In this document: piece by piece, positions 19,289 through 27,196 of the stretch
Position numbering within the stretch: position 1 is the stretch's first letter
Layout of the letters: each line of letters opens with the position of its first letter
IMG/VR virus record: IMGVR_UViG_3300014039_000027
Coordinates: 16,713-80,712 of that record
Length of the DNA: 64,000 nucleotides
Strand: one strand, 5' to 3'
Origin: a virus
Lineage: Duplodnaviria > Caudoviricetes
Program-made: the position numbers and the translations under genes
The notes under the pieces: model-generated
Told to the model about the DNA's origin: nothing
Database searches by the model: none
The model's input: only the letters and a program-made list of their open reading frames with translations

Positions 19289-19423
19289 CTAATACCAACG
19301 TGCGACCCAGACCAGCCATGCCCACCAGCTGTCCGCCATGTTCTCGTAGTTCCGTTCCTGCGTGGGCTTTTTTGTTACCCAGCCAAGTCCGGTCACATAC
19401 GCCTTGCCTGTCCGTCGCGCCAT
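19289..19423 (-). pseudogene. Detached N-terminal fragment of the terminase large subunit (44 aa)
   Basis: MARRTGKAY...WVARWY-TAG; the terL frame resumes 7 nt later as PDKLADIL. Confidence 0.7.
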
Positions 19424-19459
19424 TGGTTCAGATCACCTCGCCCGCCGCCGTGCGGCTTC

Positions 19460-20407
19460 TTATTTTTTGTGCTTCCGCAGCAGCCCCATCTTTTCATAGG
19501 CTTCCTGCTCCGCCTCGTTGGGTTCTTCAGCGAACTCGTCCAGTTCGTCCTCGATCTTCGCGTCCTCCGGCAGTTCCACCAGCTCCGGCAGCCCATCGTT
19601 TATGCGGGCCTGATTGATGATCGCCAGCAGCATTTTTTCCGCTGCGTCCGCCGTATAGGTGTACTTGCACGGTCTGCCAAATATCAGCTGAAACGCCTCA
19701 TCCGGCGTACACTGCTTTCCGTTTTTCATCAGGCCCGCTTTTTCCAGCCTGTCCACTATGCCGTCCAGCCGCAGGTCCTCCACCGGCTTCGTGTCCTTCT
19801 TCCGCAGGTTTTCCGACGCCAGGTTCTCCTGTATCATGCTGGACAGCTTCTTGGCCTTGTCTATGGCGCCCATCTCCGCCGCGTCGTTCATCTGCTTTGT
19901 CCACTTCGCCACGTTGCGGAGTATCAGCTGCTGCTTGGCGCTCACCGCCTGCTCCCCGCCGAAGTCGGCGCACAGCGCGTTGTATATCCGGTCAAACTCG
20001 TTGTAGTCCTCGCTGGTGTAGGGCGCTTTTCCCGTGCCCTCGCCCCAGTCGGCGGCCTGCCGCTTCGTGCCCTGCTTGCCCTCTCTGGCGCTTTTCTCCG
20101 CGCTCACGGATCTCGTGAAGGTGCCGCTGTCCAGCCCCTCTCCGAATATCTTGGTGACGTCCGTCAGCCCGTCCAGAAAGCCCAGCTCCCCGCCGCCCGG
20201 CGTCCGGTCCAGCTTTTTCTTGGTCAGTTTCTCGCAGTAGGCGCTCCACTTGTTCTTCGCCCCGCCTCCCGGCAGCGCGTTCATGTCAAAGGGCTTGTTG
20301 AACCGTATGCACGCATAAAAATAAGCCAAACTCTCCCCCACCGCGTCCTTGAGTAGGTCGTAGTACGCCTGCTGCTTCTCTGCGCTCATCGGTTCCAGTT
20401 CGGCCAT
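19460..20407 (-). CDS. Hypothetical protein upstream of terL (possible terminase small subunit/accessory)
   Basis: 315 aa from MAELEPMS with AAGGAG RBS; position only. Confidence 0.55.
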   Translation of the reverse strand: MAELEPMSAEKQQAYYDLLKDAVGESLAYFYACIRFNKPFDMNALPGGGAKNKWSAYCEKLTKKKLDRTPGGGELGFLDGLTDVTKIFGEGLDSGTFTRSVSAEKSAREGKQGTKRQAADWGEGTGKAPYTSEDYNEFDRIYNALCADFGGEQAVSAKQQLILRNVAKWTKQMNDAAEMGAIDKAKKLSSMIQENLASENLRKKDTKPVEDLRLDGIVDRLEKAGLMKNGKQCTPDEAFQLIFGRPCKYTYTADAAEKMLLAIINQARINDGLPELVELPEDAKIEDELDEFAEEPNEAEQEAYEKMGLLRKHKK

Positions 20408-20523
20408 GCTGCTCTCCTTTCGGAAACAAAAATGGTACATGGTAGAGTTTGCCACTCTCTCATGTACCATTTTCGCAGGTTCTCCGCCATGTGAGGGACT
20501 TTTAAGTCCCTTTCTGAATTTTT

Positions 20524-20733
20524 TTATTCACGGCCCAGAAGATAGTCCACCGTCACCTCGAAGTAGTCCGCCAGCACCTCCAGTGATGAGGCTTTCGGCT
20601 CCATCTCCCCCTCCTCGTACCGGCGTATCATGTGCTGGCTCAGTCCACACAGCTCCGCCAGCACCCGCCGCTTGATCTGCTTCCTCTCCCGCAGCGCCCG
20701 CAGCCTTTTGGGGAATAGCTCGTTGCCCGCCAT
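20524..20733 (-). CDS. XRE-family HTH regulator
   Basis: RLRALRERKQI..LAELCGLSQHMIRRYEEGEMEP..LADYFEVTVDYLLG. Confidence 0.85.
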   Translation of the reverse strand: MAGNELFPKRLRALRERKQIKRRVLAELCGLSQHMIRRYEEGEMEPKASSLEVLADYFEVTVDYLLGRE

Positions 20734-20734
20734 C

Positions 20735-21010
20735 TCACTGTCCCTCCGTGTCCGGCTGCTTCACCGCCTCCAGCAGCATCTGCGCCTCCGTGTCCGATAT
20801 GGGCACGCCCATGCGCTTCCGCCGCTGTATGCTCTTTATCCTGTCCGCCAGAGCCCTTTCCCTCGTCTTGAAGAACGGGCACTTCCCCTTTGCGCTGCAC
20901 ACCAGCTCCCGCAGCCCCGCGCACTCGTTCTTGATGGGTATGTACAGGTCGCACCCGCCCTTGGGGCGGTACGGTCCCTGCGGCGGCGGTGCCTTTCTTC
21001 CCTTGTTCAT
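20735..21010 (-). CDS. Small Cys-containing hypothetical protein
   Basis: CDLY..ECAGLRELVC..KCPFFKT. Confidence 0.6.
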   Translation of the reverse strand: MNKGRKAPPPQGPYRPKGGCDLYIPIKNECAGLRELVCSAKGKCPFFKTRERALADRIKSIQRRKRMGVPISDTEAQMLLEAVKQPDTEGQ

Positions 21011-21216
21011 GTCTCCCGCCACCCCTCTTTCCACAGGTACGCGCTGCCCACGATCAAAAACGCCATGTCCGCTACCACCACGATGATGCACAGCACGCCC
21101 ATCAGCGTTTTATATACGCCCGCCACTATCAGCAGTACCTCCGCCGCCTGCATCAGCAGCGCCAGCAGTATGTACACCACCGCCCACCGGCGGTATTTTG
21201 CCCTTGTGTCCCTCAT
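21007..21216 (-). CDS. Small two-TM membrane protein
   Basis: Two hydrophobic helices, 69 aa. Confidence 0.6.
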   Translation of the reverse strand: MRDTRAKYRRWAVVYILLALLMQAAEVLLIVAGVYKTLMGVLCIIVVVADMAFLIVGSAYLWKEGWRET

Positions 21217-21220
21217 GCGC

Positions 21221-21829
21221 TCATCGCTCCTTCCAGCCCTCCGGCTCCGCCTGTCCCTCTCCGGGCTTCAGTATCGTCATGCCGTCCTCTGTCTCTCCGT
21301 CGATGACGAATACGCCGGGCTCCGCCTTGTCCTCCGGGGCGATCACGCCCACGTCCACCTTGGGCGTCAGCAGCTGCACGTCCAGGCCGCGGCCCGTCAC
21401 CAGCACCTGCGCCATGCCCTTCTGCGCGTACCCGATGACCGGCGACAAGCGCACCGTCCTCTCCTCCTCATAGGCTTGCAGTCTTACGTAGTTGGCCACC
21501 GCACTGGTGTACGCGCCCACGTTCATGGTGCTTTCCGCGGCCACGTCCAGCACCTTCCGGTAGTTCTTCGAGTCTCCCTCTTTGTACAGCGTGTCTATCG
21601 TGTAGCGTATGCACCTCTCCACGCCGTGCCAGTCGCTCATGCCGAACTTTTCTGCCACCTTGTCGTACACGCCGCCCTTCTTCGTCCACTGTATCGGCCT
21701 GTCCACGCCGCCCTCCAGCACCAACCGCACCGCCTCCACCGTGTAGTCGAAGCCTGCCAGGTCCTCCCTTACGCCCATCGTCCGCAGCGCCTTTATGGCG
21801 TATGCCTCATATTTGCTGATATTCTCCAT
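21221..21829 (-). CDS. Spo0A C-terminal DNA-binding domain protein
   Basis: LRTMGV...GFDY..EAV...YDKVAEKF....VERCIRY.I matches the Spo0A_C pattern; no receiver domain. Confidence 0.75.
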   Translation of the reverse strand: MENISKYEAYAIKALRTMGVREDLAGFDYTVEAVRLVLEGGVDRPIQWTKKGGVYDKVAEKFGMSDWHGVERCIRYTIDTLYKEGDSKNYRKVLDVAAESTMNVGAYTSAVANYVRLQAYEEERTVRLSPVIGYAQKGMAQVLVTGRGLDVQLLTPKVDVGVIAPEDKAEPGVFVIDGETEDGMTILKPGEGQAEPEGWKER

Positions 21830-21832
21830 GCG

Positions 21833-22171
21833 TTATCTCTCCTTTTCCGGTTCTTCTTCGTAGTATTCCGCCAGTACCAGTTCCTCGTCCCGTACCTGGC
21901 AGTGTATGATGCCGCACTTCCTGCACTTCCGTTTTCGCAGGTCGAGCCATGCGTCCTCCGTCACCTCGTCGCCCCACTCATGGCTGCAGCCGTACACTTT
22001 TTTCAGGAACGCCTCATACTCGCTTCCCGGCGCGTCCTCGCCGCCTACAAAGCGGTCATATTCCGCCAGTTTCTCCAGTTCCACGCTCTCCCGTGACGGC
22101 AGAAAGCTTTTCAGCAGCTCCAGCGGCGCGTACAGTTTCGCCACCGGTGCATGGTTATTTTTGTTCTCCAC
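21833..22171 (-). CDS. Hypothetical protein with Zn-ribbon-like end
   Basis: CSHEW...CRKCG. Confidence 0.55.
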   Translation of the reverse strand: MENKNNHAPVAKLYAPLELLKSFLPSRESVELEKLAEYDRFVGGEDAPGSEYEAFLKKVYGCSHEWGDEVTEDAWLDLRKRKCRKCGIIHCQVRDEELVLAEYYEEEPEKER

Positions 22172-22373
22172 GCCGCCTGTTCAGCTCCTTTCCGCCCATG
22201 ATCTGCACGTCCCTTGTCCACGCGCACAGGTGCTTGTATCTGCACTCCTCCGGGCATCTCGTCGTCCCCGCGCAGCCCAGATACTGGTGCAGCTTCACCC
22301 GCATGGCCGTCACCACGCCGTTCCACCTCTCCAGCTCCGTGTCTCCCCACTTCGCGGGGTCAAACGCGAGCAT
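22155..22373 (-). CDS. Hypothetical protein
   Basis: 72-aa coupled ORF. Confidence 0.55.
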   Translation of the reverse strand: MLAFDPAKWGDTELERWNGVVTAMRVKLHQYLGCAGTTRCPEECRYKHLCAWTRDVQIMGGKELNRRRGEQK

Positions 22374-22578
22374 AGCTTCCGCCTCCCGCCATGTGCCACA
22401 CCGGCGGCTTGTACGACGTGCCGCACTTGCTGCACTTTATCCAGCTCTCACCCGGTGCCTGGGCGTCCGGGTAGCGCACCGGGCTTTGGCTCTCCGGCGT
22501 GCCGCACATCGGGCAGCATAGTTCATATCCCTTTGCATATTTCAACGTGATCTCAGCCATCGCTCCGTACCTCCTCAA
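22360..22578 (-). CDS. Zn-ribbon small protein
   Basis: CPMCG...CSKCG. Confidence 0.55.
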   Translation of the reverse strand: MRRYGAMAEITLKYAKGYELCCPMCGTPESQSPVRYPDAQAPGESWIKCSKCGTSYKPPVWHMAGGGSYARV

Positions 22579-22775
22579 TAATCCGTGACCACGACCGGCA
22601 GCCGCCTGAATGGGTCAAACACCACCTTGTCAACCTCGAACGGCTTTACATCGTCGTACAGCTGGCCGAACCTCTTAATAGCCTGTTTCTTTGTCCAGCA
22701 GAAGCAGTACGCCACATCGTCTGTAAATTCGTGGTCCTCCATTTGTGAAGCGCGGGTGAATATCCAGCAGAACAC
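22575..22775 (-). CDS. Hypothetical protein
   Basis: 66-aa coupled ORF. Confidence 0.5.
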   Translation of the reverse strand: MFCWIFTRASQMEDHEFTDDVAYCFCWTKKQAIKRFGQLYDDVKPFEVDKVVFDPFRRLPVVVTDY

Positions 22776-23347
22776 TACTTCGCACCTCCGTCCATCTTTT
22801 TGGTATTCCGTTTATTTCGTTGTTGAATGTCCATGCCAACCCAGCGGCAATTTTCAGGACAGTAGTTGCCATTTACATCAATTCTATCTATTGTGCATTT
22901 CCCAAACTTCGCCGCATATGAATATCCATTTGTAACCGCCCATTCTTTGAATACCGCAAAATCGTCCCACTCCTTGCAGATGGTGATGCCGCGACCTCCG
23001 TAATTTTTATAGTCTTTACAAGATTTCGTAAAGCAGCGCTTTCGCATAGATGTCCAAATCTTGTAAAGGCGGTCTATGTTGCTATGATTGCCACTTGCCC
23101 CATGCTTAAACTTGGCTCGGCTTGTTCGTTCTTTTTGGAGACATCCACATGATTGCGTCTTTTTAGAAACGAGTTGGTTGCTCGATGCAATAGTTTCACA
23201 TCCACAGTCACACAAACACTTCCAAAGAATATGCCTGTCTTTTGTTCGCCCCGCTTCGCACAAAACAATAAGTTTCCCAAATCTTTCCCCTTGCAAATCA
23301 TTGTGCTTATACATCGGCCTAATCCCTAATATCCATCTTTGCCCCAC
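22775..23347 (-). CDS. Free-standing HNH-type homing endonuclease (paralogue 3)
   Basis: WKCLCDCG..SCGC; YGGRGITICKEW; TIDRIDVNGNYCPENCRW; AT-rich. Confidence 0.8.
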   Translation of the reverse strand: MGQRWILGIRPMYKHNDLQGERFGKLIVLCEAGRTKDRHILWKCLCDCGCETIASSNQLVSKKTQSCGCLQKERTSRAKFKHGASGNHSNIDRLYKIWTSMRKRCFTKSCKDYKNYGGRGITICKEWDDFAVFKEWAVTNGYSYAAKFGKCTIDRIDVNGNYCPENCRWVGMDIQQRNKRNTKKMDGGAK

Positions 23348-23588
23348 AGTGTGGGCAGTAGTCCGTCTTGGCCGCGAACCCTATCTCACAGGCGGAGCAA
23401 TACTGAATATCTCCCGCGACCTCACTATGGAACGGCACCCATCGTCCATGCACTTTCTGCGTTTCCTCTTTCAGCTCGTCATACAGCTCACCGAACTTCT
23501 TGTTCCAATGCTTCAACCAGACAAGAACCTGAATGCCTATCACAATCCATAGCGCTGAAGCCAGATTCTGTAACAGATTGTCCATCAT
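23319..23588 (-). CDS. Hypothetical membrane/Zn-ribbon protein
   Basis: TM helix plus CSAC...YCPHCGAKMD. Confidence 0.55.
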   Translation of the reverse strand: MMDNLLQNLASALWIVIGIQVLVWLKHWNKKFGELYDELKEETQKVHGRWVPFHSEVAGDIQYCSACEIGFAAKTDYCPHCGAKMDIRD

Positions 23589-23938
23589 CTCACTACCTTT
23601 CTCCAGAACTCACGACGGCACTTATAGCAGTTTGTTCCACGACATTCGGCTATAAGCTTGGTAAGTTCTTCACCCTTACACAGTTGTCTGGGGCAGATGA
23701 TTACACTGCCCTCTCTATCAAGTTGTGTATCAGGCCACTGTTCCAGAAAAACACTCTGACGTGTCTTGCGGGGATGTGCGGCAGACCACTCCTCTACAGC
23801 TGCAACCATCCGTCCTGCGTCTGCGTCGGTTGTGTTCATATAGCCGCCGCGCGGTGTTCCCTTCAACGGGCAATTCGTACAGTATCCCTGACTTTTACAC
23901 AGTCTTTTGCGTTCTTCGATGAACCTCACAGCATCCAT
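23585..23938 (-). CDS. Cys-rich phage hypothetical protein
   Basis: MDAVRFIEERKRLC..VEEWSAAHPRKTRQSVFLEQWP. Confidence 0.65.
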   Translation of the reverse strand: MDAVRFIEERKRLCKSQGYCTNCPLKGTPRGGYMNTTDADAGRMVAAVEEWSAAHPRKTRQSVFLEQWPDTQLDREGSVIICPRQLCKGEELTKLIAECRGTNCYKCRREFWRKVVR

Positions 23939-24124
23939 TTACTTCTCCTCCTGCCGTTTTGCATCAATACTGGCGCAAAGCATTTCCCAGCATTTATCAT
24001 GAACATCCAGCCGTACCCACCATCTCTCGTGGAAACTGTATTCTCGCTTTTTGAGTTTGTATTCGCTCCATTCAGAAGGGAATTCAATTTCTCTCCCGCA
24101 AATGTCGCAAAACTTTTTGTTCAT
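23939..24124 (-). CDS. Small hypothetical protein
   Basis: FCDICGREI...DVHDKCW. Confidence 0.6.
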   Translation of the reverse strand: MNKKFCDICGREIEFPSEWSEYKLKKREYSFHERWWVRLDVHDKCWEMLCASIDAKRQEEK

Positions 24125-24490
24125 TTACTTCGCCCTCCATCTGCACCCGTCACAGGCGCCCTCGTGTGCTTGTTTGTACTTCCCGCAGTATTGGCATAGC
24201 TCGTTGATAAGGGCCTTGCGGTCTGCGCCCAGCTTCATGTTGCTGCCAAACAGCGTTTCATTGATGGCCGCGTATTGCTCGGCGGTGTTCTTTGCGCCCT
24301 GCAATTCTTCTTTCAGCTTCACGATTTCACAAATTGCATTGCCGTTTGCCGCCATCATGTCGGTCACATCGTTTGGCATCAGGCCGGTGTCCTCGTAGGC
24401 GGCCAATCGGTCAACAAACTCCGCTTGGTATTGGACGCCTTCAAAGTCCAGTCTCCAATATCCGTCCTTGAAATATGTCAGCCTGTTCAT
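24125..24490 (-). CDS. Hypothetical protein
   Basis: DRLAAYEDTGL.P motif; GGAG RBS. Confidence 0.6.
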   Translation of the reverse strand: MNRLTYFKDGYWRLDFEGVQYQAEFVDRLAAYEDTGLMPNDVTDMMAANGNAICEIVKLKEELQGAKNTAEQYAAINETLFGSNMKLGADRKALINELCQYCGKYKQAHEGACDGCRWRAK

Positions 24491-24786
24491 TCCTGCTCCC
24501 CCTTGTACTTTGGCATAGCTGCCCACGCTTTCACACCGTCCCAATCTCCGTGGCTTTCCAACCCGATCAGGTTGTTGCACCCATCGCTGTCCATGCAGCA
24601 AATATCTTTATCCACGCCCCAGCTGGTGGCGATCAAAATCTCCTGTCCATCCTCCGGCATTTCGCAGTCCAGAATGTACGCCGGAAGCTCATAGCCCGCA
24701 TACCCTCGTTCAGCAAAGTCAGCCTTTTCCTCCTCAGTAACCGGCCTTTCTGTGATCTCATGCCAAATGATTTTCTCCTCAAACAT
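24487..24786 (-). CDS. Hypothetical protein (DUF551-like)
   Basis: MPEDGQEILI...VKAWAAMPK. Confidence 0.55.
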   Translation of the reverse strand: MFEEKIIWHEITERPVTEEEKADFAERGYAGYELPAYILDCEMPEDGQEILIATSWGVDKDICCMDSDGCNNLIGLESHGDWDGVKAWAAMPKYKGEQE

Positions 24787-25078
24787 CCTGTTCCTCCTTC
24801 ACCGCCACAGCCTTTGTCAGCTGTGCCATGCCTTGCTTCATGTCCTCTATCTGCCTGTCCCGCCGTGCAATAGCGTCTTTCAAGCTGTCGTTGGCTTTCA
24901 TCAGCGCCTCTATGTGCCGCTGCTGGTTCTTGATCAGGTCAGCGGCGGGTCCTGCCATTTTTTCAATGCAGTCTGGGTCGTCAAGCCCAATCGGGCAATC
25001 GTAGCATTTGGCGATTTCAGCACAGCACCGCAGCGCCGCCACGATCTCGTCTTTGGTCATGTTGTCCCTCCTCTCCAT
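24779..25078 (-). CDS. Hypothetical protein
   Basis: EIVAALRCC...C.DCP...AADLI; coiled coil. Confidence 0.6.
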   Translation of the reverse strand: MERRDNMTKDEIVAALRCCAEIAKCYDCPIGLDDPDCIEKMAGPAADLIKNQQRHIEALMKANDSLKDAIARRDRQIEDMKQGMAQLTKAVAVKEEQDV

Positions 25079-25503
25079 ATCACTACCATGCTTGGGAACG
25101 GCGCTGTCCCCATTGGCTTACCGTCCAGTTCAAATTTCAGCCTACCGCGCAGAAAGCGTATTTCCGCCTTGCCCAATATGTAGTCGTGAAAGCTGGCGCG
25201 GTCTGTCCGGGCCGGTATCAACAGCGCCACCGTTGTCCCCGGCTTCTGTCCCTCCCGGCAGCACTTCTCCGTCCAAATCCCGGTTTCCTTGCTCCCATAG
25301 GGTGGATTGCAAAACACTGTTTCACCCCCCCAATTTTGCCGTAAACCGTCCTCTTTCTGCGTGAAATACCGCTTGCACTTGTGGTTTTCGTCACTGGCCG
25401 CGGCATCCAGCGTAAAATGAAACTCCGCGTCCAGCTCGTCAAACAGTTTTTGCGGTGTCTCCCAGTAGTTCTTGTCACTGGAAAACATGACTTCTGTGTT
25501 CAT
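25057..25503 (-). CDS. Phage DNA N6-adenine methyltransferase (Dam-like)
   Basis: WETPQ.LFD.LDAEF.FTLDAAA, VFCNPPYG, LIPARTD, EIRFLRGRLKF. Confidence 0.85.
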   Translation of the reverse strand: MNTEVMFSSDKNYWETPQKLFDELDAEFHFTLDAAASDENHKCKRYFTQKEDGLRQNWGGETVFCNPPYGSKETGIWTEKCCREGQKPGTTVALLIPARTDRASFHDYILGKAEIRFLRGRLKFELDGKPMGTAPFPSMVVIWRGGTT

Positions 25504-25507
25504 GCGT

Positions 25508-27196
25508 TCATTCCTCCCCAAACCATTTCTTCGTCACCACGATGGGAAACTGCTCGATCTCGCTTGCCCACCGCGCCATGCCTCTGCCGTGTATTCTCTC
25601 GAAAGCTAAGGGGAAACCCCCTATGCCATCAAACAAGCTCCCCAGCGTCGCGCCCTCCGGCAGATACCGCGCCATACGCCGCAGCATCCACTCCCAGAAA
25701 GGCAGGGCGATGGAGTTCCCCAGCGCCTTGTACTTGGGGCTGTCCGCGTCCTTGTGCTTCTTGCCCTTCTCGTCCACCCAGTCGCCGATGTCCACCCAAC
25801 CGTAAGTGCTCACAATTTGCTGAACCCTGCTTTTGCAAATTCCGTATTTTTCGGAAAGCTCTTTCGTCGTCATTTCACCGCTTCTGTACAGTTCAACAAC
25901 TTCCTTTCTCTTTGAAACTGGCAATTTTGTGGATGGGTTGTCATCGCCAACCAAGTATCGCCCATCACGGTGCGCTTTGTGTGAGTTTTCCTCCGGCGTT
26001 AATAGCTGTAAATTGCTAATCCGATTGTCCGCTTTGTCGTTGTTTATATGGTCAATAACATAGCCTTCGGGGATAATTCCATTCTTTGCAATCCACACCA
26101 CGCGGTGTACCCGGCATTGCAATTTTGTGTCACCATTCCTAATGCTTACAACTCTGTACCCGTTGACGTTAGTCCCCGCAAGAAGCCTCGGTTCAGAAAG
26201 CCTTTTACCTCCCGGTCCTTTCGTTGTATATATCTTCCCATTCTCGCAATCAACCACAATTTGCCCGGAGGCAATATTGGCTGCAATATATTCGTCTTTC
26301 GTCATTTCTTCTATGTTCATCTCCATAAACTCCGGATACCCCTGCAGCCGGGTACATTCCAGCGGCGTCAACCGGCGCACCACCATGTTCTGCACCGGGT
26401 ATGTCTCCGCATCCTCCCGGTACGCGCAGTTGGCTTTTGCCCGCAATGTTTTCGACACATCCGGATTCTCTGCGCCGAAAACAAGCATATCATTATAGGC
26501 ATCCTGACCGTTGTAGCTTCCCGCATGAGCGCCGGGAGATAGCGTTCCCGCAACGTCCTGATATGTAAGCGGTATCTGATTGCCGCCCGTGCCCATTCGT
26601 GCCTGTAATGCCGGTGCCTGCTCTCCGCAGTCGCGTATCACATCGCAGGCGTGGGACATATCCAGCACCGCGCAGGGTACATGGGCGTTCGCATTCAGCG
26701 TATGGCACGGCTTGCCAAACTCCGGCTGGCTTCCGTTTTCCTTGCTGGTAATCTGCGTAGTGTCAAAGGCCATCACCGCTGGGGTTTGGTTCGTCCCGCT
26801 GGGTGTAGCCGCCAGTGTGGGCGAAACTTCTTCGCTGTACCCGATACCCCCCGCCTGTGCGCCCTGTCCCGCTTTGAACCCAGCACATAGCACGGCTTCA
26901 CGGTTCAGCCCGCTGTTTTCGCGGGAGCTCAGCGTGGGCGAGATGCCGTCCCCATCGTACACACGCTGGCTCTGCGCGTCCCAAGGCGTCATGCACATCA
27001 CCCCGTGTCGGTCGCCTGCGGTCAGCGTTGGGGAGGGATCGCCCTCTTTACCCACGCCCAGCCCATTGCCGCTTCCATCGTGATTGCGGTTCTCTCCGCC
27101 ACCCTGCCACCGCGTGGCTTTGTCGTTGATGGGAATTGCCGTAAATATCGTCTGATCGTTTCCCGTGCCCAGCGTCCCGCTTCTCTCCGTCTGCAC
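25508..27196 (-). CDS. DNA cytosine-5 methyltransferase, C-terminal part (TRD array, motifs IX and X, HNH insert, permuted motif I-like FDGIGGF)
   Basis: RRLTPLECTRLQGYP, KYKALGNSIA, GSLFDGIGGF, WASEIE. Confidence 0.8.
   Translation of the reverse strand: MQTERSGTLGTGNDQTIFTAIPINDKATRWQGGGENRNHDGSGNGLGVGKEGDPSPTLTAGDRHGVMCMTPWDAQSQRVYDGDGISPTLSSRENSGLNREAVLCAGFKAGQGAQAGGIGYSEEVSPTLAATPSGTNQTPAVMAFDTTQITSKENGSQPEFGKPCHTLNANAHVPCAVLDMSHACDVIRDCGEQAPALQARMGTGGNQIPLTYQDVAGTLSPGAHAGSYNGQDAYNDMLVFGAENPDVSKTLRAKANCAYREDAETYPVQNMVVRRLTPLECTRLQGYPEFMEMNIEEMTKDEYIAANIASGQIVVDCENGKIYTTKGPGGKRLSEPRLLAGTNVNGYRVVSIRNGDTKLQCRVHRVVWIAKNGIIPEGYVIDHINNDKADNRISNLQLLTPEENSHKAHRDGRYLVGDDNPSTKLPVSKRKEVVELYRSGEMTTKELSEKYGICKSRVQQIVSTYGWVDIGDWVDEKGKKHKDADSPKYKALGNSIALPFWEWMLRRMARYLPEGATLGSLFDGIGGFPLAFERIHGRGMARWASEIEQFPIVVTKKWFGEE
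25802..26329 (-). mobile_element. In-frame HNH endonuclease plus HTH insertion within the methyltransferase
   Basis: RVHRVVW...IDHINNDKADNRISNLQLLT...NSHK; AT-rich; splits QGYPE|GWVDIGDW. Confidence 0.75.

Noticed and set aside
19289-19291. Amber (TAG) recoding as an explanation for the terL break
   Set aside because: Readthrough hits TGA two codons later and stays out of frame; other genes use TAG as a normal stop; no suppressor tRNA seen
25802-26329. Intein in the methyltransferase
   Set aside because: No C/S at the N-junction and no HN-C/S/T at the C-junction; reported instead as a non-splicing insertion
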